From the NCBI GenBank assembly GCA_030390025.1, contig CM059432.1, positions 49,230,001 through 49,294,000 on the forward strand: a stretch of 64,000 nt of DNA, given 5' to 3'. The translations under genes were made by a program, and so were the position numbers. Origin of the DNA: Squalus acanthias. Lineage: Eukaryota. Below are positions 48,391 to 61,786 of this stretch, in pieces (positions within the stretch are counted from its first letter, which is position 1; every line of letters begins with the position of its first letter). Under the pieces are notes generated by a model that searched no databases, was not told the origin of the DNA, and worked only from the letters and a program-made list of their open reading frames with translations.

Positions 48391-49393
48391 TTCTCTGTCT
48401 GTGATTCTGTTCCAAGTGAGAAGCAATATGGTCGAAACAAACACATGTTTGTTCACTTACCTTGGCAACCTTGGTTAGGTGAAATAATTTCCTCCTCACC
48501 TGCTCCCAGATTTCAGCCACAAGTGGGATAGCATTGACACATTCTGTCACCTTTATCCATCCTGCTCTTGCTCCTCCCCTCATTGCCTGGTGGCTCGCTC
48601 TTCCAAATAGGAACAACCGTCGCTGCAGGAACTCCAGTGCGAGTTTATTTAATGGAGCTGTTCTGTGCCCAGTCATTTTTAGATGAACAAATGAAATTAC
48701 TGCTTAAGGGCAGCCAGTAGCACTTTAAGAACTGCTGGTACCAGAAATTTCATTTAGCAACCTTCGTGTGTTCCCAGCACATCATGTACTGTGCACTGAG
48801 AGTGCTGGGGAAAAATACAAATTAGCTGACCGTTCGTCATTTGGCAAAGCCAGCCGTCTTAGGTGCAGGTGTACAGCGCACATGAAAAGCTCACGTCCCA
48901 GCACAATGTGCGTGGGCAATTTTATCGGCCTCCAAATGTGCAGACCATGAATTCTATGTAACAAACATGAGTGGTAGATAGTTTTACACACTGAAATTCT
49001 GTGCTTTATATAGAATTAAACCTGGAATGTAGCATTCATTTATCTGGTCTACTTGCACATATGTCTGTAATTTTGTAATAGCCGCTAAATATAACATGTG
49101 CTGTTCAGTCAGTCAGTGGAGAACAGGTGCATATCTCCACGTCAACAACACCACTGAACTTCACATAAGCTGTCCAATTACTGAATGAATGTTGTAATTC
49201 TGTCTCTGTGTTACCACCCACTGCAACAATCTGATCTGTCAGTGTTTTCAGGTATGCAATGTACCTCTAACAGCAAATGTGTGCAGTATTGGGCTCCACA
49301 CTATAAGGAGGCTTTAAAGAGATAAAAGATTCACTAGGATGCTGCCTGATATGAGGAAATACAAAAATGAAGAAACAGTTGAAAATATTGCGG

Positions 49394-49665
49394 CTTTTTT
49401 TCATTCAATCTCGGGATGTGGCCGTTGTTGGCAAGGCCGGCATTTATTGTCCATCCCTAGTTGCTCTTGAGAAGGTTCTTCTTGAACCGCTGCAGTCCGT
49501 GTGGTGAAGGTGCTCCCACAGTGCTGTTAGGTAGGGAGTTCCAGGATTTTGACCCAGCGATGATGAAAGAATGGCGAAAAATGTCCATGTCAGGATGGTG
49601 CATGCCTTGGAGGGGTACTTGGAGGTGATGGTGGTCCCATGCACCTGGTGCCCTTGTCCGTTTAG
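49394..49665 (-). mobile_element. CR1-group LINE 3' fragment
   Basis: Matches 26408-26690. Confidence 0.85.
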
Positions 49666-50319
49666 GTGTGTACCTTCAAACTAATCCAACAATCACAATC
49701 CTAGGATTAGTTCAGCCACTTCAATGGTCACAATGATTTGCAATAAACTTAAAAATTATTGCTTTTTCATGATAGCTACAAAGAATCCCACAAAACAGGC
49801 ATTAGACAGAATTGTACGATTCAATCATTAGGAACGCCTGGTGATACATCCTCTCATCAATACGTATTTTCTTAAGCTCAAATCTCCGAGTTGCAAGGCT
49901 GGCCAGACATTGCTTTTGATTTGTTTTCTTACTTAACTGTGTTTAGACAAAGAAGGATTTTTAGATAGCTATATTGACATTCAAGTGCTTCAAGTTCCAA
50001 TAAATATACCTCCCCTGAGTCTAGCCATTTTTTTTATTGCTAATGTAGTTGGGGGTTAAATTCGACTCTGCTATTTTTAGTATCCCTATTGGTACTATCT
50101 TAATGAAGTTGTTAACGCTTGAGTTGTTTCTCAAAATATAATAACAATGTCAGTCAATACCGATGTAACTATGAGGATACAAGTAGGAGAGCACAGATGT
50201 AGCGAGGAATTCAGCTTCAGTAGTCATGATTTTCATTAACTAGATGTAACGATCAGTCTTCCCTTGCCAAAGTTGTAATCTGTATGTATCTGTGTGGTTG
50301 TGTTCATTTTATTGATCAG

Positions 50320-51733
50320 TGGAGAGAGAAAACGAGGAATTACAGACCAGTAAGCCTGACATCAGTAGTAGGGAAAATGCTAGAATCTATTATTAAGGAC
50401 GTGGTAGCAGGGCACTTAGAAAATAATAATAGGATTGGGCAGAGTCAGCACGGATTTATGAAAGGGAAATTGTGTTTGACGAATCTGTTAAGAGTTTTTT
50501 GAGGTTGTAACTAGCAGAATAGATAAGAGGGAACCAGTGGATGTGGTGTATTTGGATTTTCAGAAGGCATTCGATAAGGTGCCACACAAGAGGTTATTAA
50601 ACAAAATTTGGGCTCATGGGATTGGGGGTATTATACTAGCAAGGATTGAGGATTGGTTAACGATGGAAAACAGAGAGTAGGAATAAATGGGTCATTTTCG
50701 GGTTGCAGGCTGTAACTAGTGGGGTACCACAAGGATCAGTGCTTGGGTCTCAGCTATTCACAATCTATGTCAATGATTTGGATGAGGGGATCAAATGTAA
50801 TATATCCAAGTTTGCTGATGATACAACGCTAGGTGGGAATGTAAGTTGTGAGGAGGATGCCAAGAGGCTTTAAGGGGATATAGACAAGCTAAGTGAGTGG
50901 GCAAGAACTTGGCAAATGGAATATAATGTGGAGAAATGTGAAGTTATCCACTTTGGTAGGAAAAATAGAAAAGCAGAGTATTTTTTAAATGGTGAGAGAT
51001 TGGGAAATGTTGGTGTTCAGAGGGACCTGGGTGTCCTTGTACACGAATCACTGAAAGTTAACATGCAGGTACAGCAAGCAATTAGGAAAGCAAATGGTAT
51101 GTTGGCCTTTATAACAAGAGGATTTGAGTATAAGAGTAAAGACATCTTGCTGCAATTATATAGGGCCCTGGTGAGACCACACCTGGAGTATTGTGTACAG
51201 TTTTGGTCTCCTTACCTAAGGAAGGATATACTTGCCATAGAGGGAGTGCAACAAAGGTTCACCAGACTGATTCCTGGGATGGGGGGATTGTCCTATGAGG
51301 AGAGATTGAGTAGACTAGGCCTATATTCTCTGGAGTTTAGAAGAATGAGAGGTAATCTCATTGAAACATACAACATTTTTACAGGGCTTGGCAGGGTAGA
51401 TGTAGGGAGGATGTTTCCCCTGGCTGGGGAGTCTAGAACCAGGGGTCACAGTCTCAGAATAAGGGGTTGGCCATTTAGGACTGAGGTGAGGAGAAACTTC
51501 TTCACTCAGAGGATGGTGAATCTTTGGAATTCTTTACCCCAGAGGGCTGTGGAGGCTCAGTCATTAAGTATATTCAAGACAGAGATTGATAGATTTTTGG
51601 ATATTAAAGGAATCAAGGGATATGGGGCTAGTGCAGGAAAGTGGAGATGAGGTAGAAGATCAGCCATGATCTTACTGAATGGCGGAGCAGGCTCGAGGGG
51701 CCAAATGGCCTACTCCTGCTCCTATTTCTTATG
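50320..51733 (+). mobile_element. CR1 LINE, RT to 3' end
   Basis: NYRPVSLTSVVGK, QHGF, FADD, LVRPHLEYCVQFWSP, RRNFFTQR..LWNSLP. Stops and frameshifts present. Confidence 0.95.
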
Positions 51734-51954
51734 AGTTCGGTTGTATTGATCAGATTAGAATTACGGTATCTCTAAGCATAAGTGCCGTTTCTGCAGTCTC
51801 ATCCCAGTGGTGGCGGCAATGCTGCTTTTCGTGCACCACTAAGCCACTGAGCTGATCTCACAGATACTTTGCAAATGTCTAATATTTTGTCCCACCAGCA
51901 GCTGTCTCATGCACTAGAAGGATTCCTACTGCTGTCTGCAGAAATCTGTTAACT

Positions 51955-52378
51955 GAAAGAACTTGCCTTTCACAACGTCCCAAATCACTTTACAGCCAAC
52001 TAAATACTTTTGAAGTGTAGTCACAGTTGTAGTGTAGGAAACGCGGCAGCAAGGTCCCACAAACAGCAATGGGATAATAACCAGATAATCTGTTTTAGTG
52101 ATGATGACTGAGGGATAAATATTGGCCAGGACACCGGGGAGAACGCCTCTGCTCTTCTTAAAAATACTGCCATGGGATCTTTTACACCCACCTGAGAGGG
52201 CAGACTGGGCCTCAGTTCAACATCTCAGGCGAAAGATGGTACATCCAACAGTGCAGCACTCCCTCAGTACTGCACTGAAGTGCCAGCCTAGATTATGTGC
52301 TCAAGTCTCCGGAGCGGGGCTTAAACCCACAACCTTCTGACTTAGAGGCGAGAGTGCTACCCACTGAGCCACGGCTGA
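51955..52378 (-). mobile_element. Near full-length tRNA-derived Deu-domain SINE (SacSINE1-like)
   Basis: Minus strand: A box TGGCTCAGTGG, B-box-like GGTTTAAGCCC, Deu motif AAAGATCCCATGGCA...CCCCGGTGTCCTGGCCAA, L2-like tail. Confidence 0.85.
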
Positions 52379-52659
52379 AACCTGCAGCAAGTTGTGATCT
52401 GTTATGTGGCTGCAGAATCAGCTATAACTTGGGCCAATTAGTAACAGATTTTAGGGGAAATACCTTGAACAACACCATTAACAACAGGCCCTTTAAAAAT
52501 ACTGGAAGTTTAGATATCACTGATATTAGCATACGAACAATTAACACGTTTTAGTAATATCGCTCCATCTGTTATTTCAATTAAGACATTAACCCACTTT
52601 GTGTAAACAGGCTAATGTCCAGCAAAAATAACGGACAGAGGAATGTCATGGGAACCCAC

Positions 52660-52835
52660 TAAGCTGATTTTAACTTTCACGGTAACGGAAAACGGGCAGT
52701 AGTGTATCGGCCGCCAGTTATACACCCTGCCCAATTTTCCTTTCTAATGAAGACAACAGAAAGGTAAATCGGGCGAGGTATCTAACGGGCAGCAGATTTA
52801 GTTTTCCGCCAGCAATGAAAGTTAAAATCAGCCCT
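52660..52835. mobile_element. Palindromic Harbinger-type MITE
   Basis: Perfect 17-bp TIR GCTGATTTTAACTTTCA at 52663-52679 and 52816-52832. Confidence 0.8.
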
Positions 52836-53429
52836 ACGGTTTGTATGCTAATGTCAGCAGCAACAATTCCCAGCCTCCATTTACTAAATTAATAAAACTG
52901 ACCATTAGCATCGCTAAGAGGAACACTGGTGGACAGCCGCAGTGGTGAAAATGCAGCGTGCGCAAGAGTGAGAAATGACACTGCACTGGAGCAAAATGTC
53001 TCTGTGCTACTGCAACCAAATATAAAAATGCTGAATCGCAATGGGCAACAATTCTCTTGAAACAAAATTTTAGATGAAAATATAATTCAACTAAAATTAC
53101 CATTTGTAATGTGGCTGTGTTCAAGTCCTTCTTTATAAACGTTTAGTTCTTATAAATTGTATGGATGCGCCTCTGGAGCTTTAGCTTGTTTAATATGTGA
53201 ATCTGTTAGCTTTATGCCCATCTGCTGTTGCAGCTGTTTTAATTTTTGGCATGATACAAATGGTTGGAATAAATTTGACTTGGCTGTGATGGGATTTTAT
53301 AAATATGTAAAGCAAGAATTTAGTGGAGATAAAAACCTAATTGAAAAATAATCTGCCTGTCTGAGAGCAAAGCTTTAGTATCCCTAAAGGCTGATCTGCA
53401 CAGGTTCAATTTTTAAAAAAGGATAGGGT

Positions 53430-53575
53430 GTCAGCGTATGTGCAGTGCTGTGCTGTCACCTTAGGGACCTCAATTCAAATCCAGCCAAAATAAGATTAGA
53501 TGAAATCTTCTCTTTTTGATGGCTGTTTAAGGCCTTTAATGGAATCCATTTGATGCCTAATCCAGCTCTTATTTT
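53430..53575 (+). mobile_element. Possible LF-SINE-like remnant
   Basis: CACCTTAGGGACC..TTCAAATCCAGCC..TGATGGCTGTT..GGCCT..ATCCAGCTC resembles the LF-SINE 5' half, from memory only. Confidence 0.3.
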
Positions 53576-54084
53576 GCTAACAGCATCTTATTTATATTTT
53601 GTTACCTTATTTACGGTGAAACCCAAACCCATAATCCAGATCAGCATTTGAATCTGTGCAGGGAAAATGAATGGAATTGCTTTCCTTGTGCTGCGATCAG
53701 TACCAGAAGTGCTTTTTCTTTGAGAATATATACACACGTAAGTTTTATTTTCTTGGCAATGAAATGGTGAGAGGAATAGACCAGAGTGTGATGATAGGGA
53801 CTGTAATACAAAGGCTGAAATATGGAGATTCTTTCATGGGTCTCAGCCATTTTATATGTCTATACATCGGAATGGGCACTGGCATGAGCCCCATTCCTGA
53901 GGTAGGGTCTTCTTTGCACTGACAGCAGCGCCAATATGGAACACATATACTGGCCAATTTGTAACATTGAACAGAGTCTGCAGTTGCCTGATACGAGAAT
54001 CAGTAAGACACTCGCTTGCTGCAGAAAGCACATGGGGAATAGTGTTTGGGAAATTAAAGTTCACACTAGGAACACTTTGATAAT

Positions 54085-55500
54085 TAGGTGTGGAATTGCA
54101 TTAATGTGCATAAATGGGGCTTCCACCCAAGTTACAGCGGCAGATTGGGATGAGCCTCGAGGAAATTCATTCCCCTGGAAACTTTAAAAAGACAGTTCAG
54201 TCACACTCTTCGGCAGCAGACTGGGAATAGGTAAGAGAGCAACAATGCTTGACTCTTTCACTTCATTTTCTAATAACTTCACTGCATGTCTGCTCATGAA
54301 CACTCAAGCACCATCTGTGTCCGGAGAGCAGCAGGGCATGGCACCATCTAGTAAAGAAGAACATACAGCTTCACATATTCAGAACTCTAAGCCCTTCTGG
54401 AGGGCATTGAAGGCCAAACGAACGGAGTCCTGGGTGTCACCAAGTCATCCAGAATTATCACTCATGCTGCTTGGAGGGAGGTGGTACTGGCACTGACTGT
54501 CAACTCCCTCACCCCCCCACAAGACTGCAGAAAGTTCTACATCCTCAGCAGGACAAGCAATGTAACACATTGTACAACTTTCCCTTCTCATCCTTGCCCA
54601 TCCTGGGATCCAGCATACTCTTCACCCTCTTAAAGCAACACTTGCTGAACTAACCCTTCACTGAGCTCTCCGGTTAAGGGAGGCTGCAACTCAACACCTT
54701 GCACTATGGCTACCCAGCTCCCCTCATAGCAATTACTGACATGCACAAGCCTAAAACCTGTTCCTCCACTAACAGGCTCCTACTCCCACATCTCTTCCTT
54801 TACCTCGCTCATGCCACTTGGCGCACACACCTCAACTACCAGCCTTGCCGTTAGTGAATATCTTATGGGACAAATTGGCACACAATGTCTACCAAAGGCA
54901 AGCCACTGGAGGGGCATCTCCACCTTTAATCCCCTTACCCCAGGCTACTGAATGAGCACCTACACCGTCGCCCTGGCATCCCTGTGAAGCACCACATATA
55001 CACAACCTTCCACCCACTTGGAAGGTTGCAAACCCATGCTTAGCTTCTACTCAACTTTCCTGCAGATCTGCCACAGCAGCAGGCAGCATGGAAGGAGAAA
55101 GATGGTGAAAAAGGGGCAGGTGATGGCCAAGCCACGCAGGAGTCCCGGCTGTATAATACTGCTGTCTCAGAGGAGATCAGCACATTGTAGTTCTCTAGGA
55201 GCCCCCTCATAGCACTACACCAGTGGAAGGCAGGAGGCAACACCAAGCTGCCGCCAAGGAGCAAGCTGACATGAGATGAGGACCAGCTCAGTCACAGAAG
55301 TTTTCTGTAGAGCATGAACAGTCAATCTCCTCCTGCGATCCTGTCCCTCAGATGCCATCTAGAATAGGTACCCATGGGGAGTGCCATAACTGCTCCTGAG
55401 CAGCCCTGACTATGGGTAGGGAGTGAGGGGGTCCGAAAAATTGTCAGTGAGAAGCAAGTGCAGGCGGAATGGATAAAAATTGCTTTAAAAATTCTTTCCT
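54085..55500 (+). mobile_element. Possible very decayed Harbinger element E (Myb side)
   Basis: Around 54360, SFTYSEL*ALLEGIE resembles RFSDAALEALVE. A C/A-rich intron-like tract follows, as in A-C. Confidence 0.35.
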
Positions 55501-55849
55501 ACCTGCAGAAATCTGAATTAAAAAATCTCCAACCTCTTGTTTTTCAGGAACTCCTCACTTCCACCTTAAACAGCATTTCACTTAACCGAGGTGCAGTGGT
55601 GCTCCAATTAGGGAAATCACTAAGCGCATCATAGGCGAGGTGCCAGGAAACAAGGAGGGAAGCCCTTTAAACACAAAGGTCATGGCTTCCACCCAATTTT
55701 CCTTGCACAAAAAGTTTCCTATGCCATTCCAGCATGATAAGTGCTCCGGAAATGACAAGGAATATCACTCCCCCAACCCACCCCGTGCCTGTGATTGTTC
55801 CCATTACATTACATTTTTTGTTGTTTCTAGTTGATGTGACTAGTGTTTT

Positions 55850-55965
55850 TGGAATAAAAACAGAAAATGCTGGAAAACACTCAGAAGCTCAGGCAGCATC
55901 TGTGGAGAGAGACAGAGTTAACGTTTCAGGTCAATGAACTTTCCAGCATCTGCAGTATTTTTCTA
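55850..55965 (-). mobile_element. Rearranged solo Penelope pLTR
   Basis: Minus-strand pLTR broken within hammerhead stem II, followed by an inverted piece TCCAGCATCTGCAGTATTTT. Confidence 0.7.
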
Positions 55966-55989
55966 CATATCTACAAATCACTCTGACAG

Positions 55990-56368
55990 CAAGAACATGG
56001 TCAGACCACTTTAGAGACCCGGTAAGATAAGTTTGAAACTTCCCTTCATGGGGTCAGGAGAAGCAGCAGAGCTCCTCCAGGCCCCACAAGGGAAGTGTAG
56101 ACCTCCCCTGCCTGGACAATCACCCCCTCTCCGATGACCGCCTCAGAACCCCTGACTACTCCCTTATCTTAGGCCCACTGCTGGTCTCTGGGACCCCCAG
56201 TTTTCCATCGCTTCCCGCCAATTTCCCAGCCGTTTTGGTCGGGAAGTCGGCCAGTGGCATTGTTAATGAGGCTCAGCTGTTAAAATCTGCTGAGCCTCCT
56301 GCTGCTGCTCCCGAATGGGCCGGCCGCTCACTAGGCCGCTTTCTCACCAAGGAGTTAAAATTCCCACC
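55990..56368. mobile_element. Harbinger-type MITE, right part
   Basis: Homologous to 3120-3230. Ends GAGTTAAAATTCCCACC. Confidence 0.5.
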
Positions 56369-57020
56369 TATGGTTCTCCAGCTGTTTTAGATGTTGCTGG
56401 TTTTGTGAAAAGCTTTTGAGGCTTTACCCCATTAGATACACAGCCCGATTAACGTTTCCATTGACAGCTAGCTCCATTCATTATGGAATAGCTGTTGCTT
56501 TGTCTGTGCTTATGATTCCGTGAAATGTCATGAAGGGGTTATACTTTACTCATCTTTTCTGTGCCTCTCACTGCTCCTCATCACTCTTCTGCCATTAAAC
56601 CCAAGTCCTAATGGTCTCAGACTTGCCAACTGCCCATAATCCTTTTGCAATTACTGCCCTCTTCTCTGCACAGTATTTATCATTCATAGATTGGAGAAAA
56701 GCTTGGTGGTAAATTCAATCCCCCTGTACTCTGAGCTGCAGACTCACAGATTTTAAGGAGAATGATTTGTGCAGTTGACTGTGATCACTCATCTTTACCG
56801 GGGCTGATTTGCATCAGCACCTTACATTAACCACCCACCCCACCCCCCCACCCACCGAAATCTTGCTTCTCCTTCTTGTGAATTATCTTTGTTGGCTCTG
56901 GCAAACCAGTGCTCAATTTTCAAACAGCAGCTTGTGTTTTGAATGTACTACTGATAATTCCACAAAGAAATGGTGAATTATCAGATAATGACTCTGAACT
57001 AAGAGTAGAGTGTATATATA

Positions 57021-57863
57021 GGGTTGGATTTTATCAATGGAGGCGAGCAGGAGGCGGGACTCGCACTTTTGGGGTTGTAGTCCCGCCTCCATCGACTTGT
57101 GGCCAACCCACTGTATTTTCCCTTGATTGACCTTGTTGAGCCCGCCCAGCGGGCTCAGCAGGCCAATTAAGGGCCACCTGGCAACAGGTGACGTCACAGA
57201 TTGACATTTCATCTGTCAAGAGCTTTTGACAGATGAAATATCAGCGTTTGACAGCTCCTTGAAGCTGTCAAACACTGACAATCTGTCCTCTAAGTTAATT
57301 CCTTCCTCTCAGGCTGATTTAGAGATCTCTGCAGAACAAAAAGCAGAGGCTGCAGCTTTTGACAGCTCAACGACCATTCTGCTTTCTGTGCCGGTGAGAT
57401 TTCTGACTCCCGAGACCTGAAGGGCTGACACCTGCAGGAGGAAGTTAAGGTAAGTAAAACTTTTTTCCACACTTTACACTTACCTTACACACTAACCTCT
57501 GCACACATGCACCCATCACTCACCTGCCCACTGGACATGTCGACCCCTCCAACCCCTGCAGACCCACGGTCCGCCTTGCTAAAACGGCGTGGTTTGGAGC
57601 GGTCGGGTAGCCCACACTTCAGGCTAAAAATAGGGATTAGGCAACAAACTGCCTGTTAACTACCTGTTAACAGGCAGTTAATTGTCACTAATCCCCTTCC
57701 CGCCTCGGGGAGGCGGCTCCCAGCACAGGTTGGGTAACCGCCTCCAGCGAAACTGGCATGGAGACGGGTTGGGGGCGAGATGGGGTCGGGACCCCCGAAT
57801 CTGCTATTTTCCCACCCCACACACCTCCAAACCCGCCTCCACGGGTCAATGAAAATTCTGCCC
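57021..57863. mobile_element. Harbinger-type MITE
   Basis: Ends GGGTTGGATTTT / AAAATTCTGCCC with an ATA TSD on both sides. Confidence 0.8.
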
Positions 57864-57879
57864 ATAGTGTCCTCTATTA

Positions 57880-58700
57880 TAAATGATGAACGCACATATG
57901 GGGTGAGAGGTATTTTCCTTTACGATACATTTTGGCAGGAAGATTGAGGAGAGACAAAACAAGCTAACTGGTACAATAAAAAAGGTGGTGCAAGAATAGA
58001 GAAACTTGGGGACGCTTGTGCACAAATCTTTGAAGGTGGCAGGACAGGTTAACAAAGCAGTTAATAAAGCATATAGGATCCTGGGCTTTATAAATAGAGG
58101 CAGAGAGTAGAAAAGCCAGGAAGTTATGCCAAACCTACATAAAACATCAGTTTGGCCCCAGCTGGATTATTGTGTTCAATTCTGAGCACCACACTTGAAG
58201 CCTTGGAGAGGGTACAGAAGAGATTTAATAGAATGGTTACTAGAGGAATTATAGTTACATGGATAGTCTAGAGAAGCTGGGGTTGCTCTCCTTGGAGCAG
58301 AGAAGGCTAAGAGGAGATTTGATAAAGGTGTTGAAAATCATGAAGGGTTTAGATAGAGTAAATAAAGATAAACTGTTTCCAATGGCTGAAGGGTCGATAA
58401 CCAGAGGGCACAGATTTAAGGTGATTGGCAAAAGAACCAGAGGCGACATGAGGAAAAACTTTTCTATGCAACGAGTGGTTCGGATTTGGAAAGCGCTGCT
58501 TGACTGAGTGGTAGAAACAGATTCAACAGTAGTTTTCAAAAGGGAATTGGATAAATACTTGAAGGAGAAAAAAAAATGCAGGGATATGGGGAAAGAGCGG
58601 AGGAGTGGGACTAACCGGATTGCTCTTCGAAAGAGCCGGCGGAAACTTGATGAGCCGAATGGCCTCCTTCTGGGCTGTGCTATTCTATGATTCTATGATT
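57880..58700 (+). mobile_element. CR1 3' portion
   Basis: LEKLGLLSLEQRRLRGDLI..RKNFSMQRVVRIW; (ATTCTATG)n tail. Confidence 0.9.
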
Positions 58701-59129
58701 CCAACAGCCCTGAGATTCCCCCATGGAGGGAGGTGACCTTGTAGCAGCCTCCTCTCCCTTCATTCCCTCCCCAACACTTACCTCTTGAAGGCTTCAGTCT
58801 CATCCATTTCTGATCTTCAGGTTGCTTCTGCTCCTTTTAAGGTCCATTACTGGATCTGCTGCTGCTGCAGCAATGCCAGAGCTTCCTCTATTGCGCTGGC
58901 AGGCTCCCTCTTGATGGCGGAAATGCCACCGGAGTCTGTCAAGTACACTTACTGAACCTGATCCAAAGAAATGGATCGGGGCTGATGTACATATGAAGGG
59001 GCGCCGAAACTCTGCCCCAAAGAAGGAAATCCCGAGTCATGATTTTGAAAAAAAGTCTAAAGGTATATACACCTCACATATTTTAATACTCTTCACTGTC
59101 CATAACATAGTTTAATTGAAATTACTTTA

Positions 59130-59639
59130 AAATGGATGCACTTGGACAGAATGTGTTAGGAGATAGGAGACAGAGAATAGGGATAATGGGTATGAACTCA
59201 AATTGGCAGGATGTGACTAGCGGTGTCCCCCAGGGATCTGTCCTGGGGCTGCAGCTTTTCACTATATTTATAAAAGACTTTGATGAAGAAATAGGGAGCT
59301 GTATGTCCAAATCTGCTGATGACACCAAGTTAGGTGGCACACTAAATAGTGTAGATGGGAGCGGAAAGTTGCAAAGGGACATTGATAGATTAAGTGAGTG
59401 GGTAAAACTATGGCAGATGGAGTTCATTGTGGGGAAGTGTGAGCTCACTCACTTTGGACGCAAGACAGATAGATCAGAGTATTTTCTAAATGGTGAGAAG
59501 CTAGGAACTGTGGATGAGCAGAGAGATTTAGGGGTCCAAGTACAGAAATCACTAAAAGCTAGTGGACAGTTCTGGGCACTGCACCTCAGGAAGGATATAT
59601 TGGCCTTTAAGGGGGTGCAGCACATATTCACCAGAATGA
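59130..59639 (+). mobile_element. CR1 RT fragment cut off by the Penelope element
   Basis: VTSGVPQGSVLG, SADDTKLGG, WQMEF. Internal deletion at SLKASGQ/FWALHL. Confidence 0.88.
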
Positions 59640-59738
59640 TACAATAGCAAAATACTGCGGATGCTGGAAATCTGAAATAACAACAGAAAATGCTGGAAAC
59701 ACTCAGCAGGCCAGGCAGCATCCGTGGAGAGAGAAACA

Positions 59739-59776
59739 GAGTTAATGTTTCAGGTCTGGGACCCTTCATCAGAACT
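59739..59776 (-). ncRNA. Minimal hammerhead ribozyme motif in the Penelope pLTR
   Basis: AGUU-CUGAUGA-a-GGGUC(cca)GACCU-GAAA-CA-UU^AACUC. Confidence 0.72.
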
Positions 59777-60074
59777 GGAGAAGGTTAGAGATGTAACAGA
59801 TTTTAAGCAGGTGCAGAGGCAGGGAAAGGGGGAGGGGAGGGGAGGAACATTCTGTGCTAAGGTAGGAGGCAGGAGAGATTAAATGCTGCAAATGGGGATG
59901 GCAAAATCATAAACAGCCTGAAAAATGGGAGCAGGGGTTATAGTCTGAAATTGTTGAACTCGATGATGAGTCCAGAAGGCCGTTAAGTGCCTAATCGAAA
60001 GATGAGGTGCTGTTCCTCGAGCTTACGCTGAGCTTCATTGGAACAGTGTAAGAGGCTGAGGACAGAGAGATCAG

Positions 60075-61786
60075 AGTGGGGTAATCTGTGTGTGGAGGCG
60101 GGAGACGTCAGTAGGGTTCTTAATGAATACTTTGCGTCTGTTTTCACAAAGGAGAGGGGCGAAGCAGACATTGCTATCGGGGGGGAGGAGTGTGAAATAT
60201 TAGATGAAATAAACATAGTGAGAGAGGAAGTATTAAGGGGTTTAGCAGCTTTAAAAGTGGATAAGTCCCCAGGCCCGGATGAAATGTATCCCAGGCTGTT
60301 AAGCGAAGCAAAAGAGGAAATAGCAGACGCCCTGACCATCATTTTTCAATCCTCTCGGGCTTCAGGTGTGGTGCTGGAGGACTGCTAATGTTTAAAAAGG
60401 GAGAAAAGGATAGACCGAGTAATTACAGGCCAGTCAGCCTAACCTCAGTGGTGGGAAAATTATTGGAAAGAATTCTGAAGGACAGGATAAATCTTCATTT
60501 AGAAAGACATGGATTAATCAAGGAATGTCAGCACAGATTTGTTAAGGGAAGGTCGTGTCTGACAAACTTGATTGAATTTTTTGAGGAGGTAACAAGGAGG
60601 GTAGATGAGGGTAGTGCGTTTGATGTAGTGTATATGGACTTTAACAAGGCTTTTGATAAGGTTCCACATGGCAGACTGGTCACAAAGTTAAAAGCCCATG
60701 GGTTCTAAATGGCTCGGAGACAGGAAGCAGATGGTAATGGTTGATTGGTGTTTTTGTGACTGGAAGGCTGTTTCCAGTGGGGTTCCGCAGGGCTCAGTAC
60801 TAGGTCCCTTGCTTTTTGTGGCATATATCAACGATCTTGACTTGAATATAGGGGGTATGATTAAGAAGTTTGCAGATGATACTAAAATCGGCTGTGTGGT
60901 TGATACTGAAGAAGGAAGCTGTAGACTGCAGGAAGATATCAATAAATTGGTCAGGTGGGCAGAACAGTGGCAAATGGAATTCAATCCGGAGAAGTGTGAG
61001 GTAATGCATTTGGGAAGGACTAACAAGGAAAGGGAATACACATTAAATGGTAGGACACTGAGTAGTGTAGAAGAACAAAGGGACCTTGGAGTCCACAGAT
61101 CCCTGAAGGTAGCAGACCAAGTAGATAAGGTGGTTAAGAAGGCATACGGAATGCTTGCCTTTATTAGCCGTGACATGGAATACAAGAGCAGGGGGGGTTA
61201 TGCTTCAACTGTATAAAACACTAGTTAGGCCTCAGCTAGAGTACTGCGTGCAGTTCTGGTCACCACATTACAGGAAAGATGTGATTGCACTAGAGAGGGT
61301 ACAGAGGAGATTTACCAGGATGTTGCCGGGAGTAGAGAATCTTAGCTATGAGGAAAGACTGGATAAGCTGGGTCTGTTTTCCTTGGAACAGAGGAGGCTG
61401 AGGGGAGACCTTATTAAGGTGTATAAAATTATGAGGGGCATAGATAAAGTGGATAGAAAGGACCTATTTCCCTTAGCAGAGGGATCAAAAACCAGGGGGC
61501 ACAGATTTAAAGTAATTGGTGGAAGGTTTAGAGGGGATTTGAGGGGAAATTTCTTCACCCAGAGGGTTGTGGGGGTCTGGAACTCACTGCCTGAAAGGGT
61601 GGAAGAGGCAGGAACCCTAACCACATTTAAAAAGTACTTGGATGTGCACTTGGGATGCTCTAACCTGCAGGGCTACGGACCAAGAGCTGGGAAGTGGGAT
61701 TACGCTGGATAGCTCTTTGTTGGCTGGCGTGGACACGATGGGCCGAAATGGCCTCCTTCCGTGCTGTAACTTTCTATGATTCTATG
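60075..61786 (+). mobile_element. CR1 LINE nested in the Penelope endonuclease domain
   Basis: KSPGPD, NYRPVSLTS, FADD, LVRPQLEYC; TTTCTATGATTCTATG tail. Splits Penelope VACHFSSP from HSDLSVL. Confidence 0.95.

Larger units (their letters stand above)
45380..48950. mobile_element. Harbinger transposon D, heavily decayed, opposite orientation
   Basis: Plus strand has transposase stubs (MGIPMSIP at 45774; LTALSLSVKVTGALKFYA). Minus strand has a Myb exon WIKVTECVNA..WEQVRRKLFHLTKVAK followed by GTAAGT (48676-48461). Confidence 0.6.

Noticed and set aside
52300..52378. tRNA gene
   Set aside because: The A and B boxes are the head of a Deu-domain SINE, which continues into a SINE body and tail.
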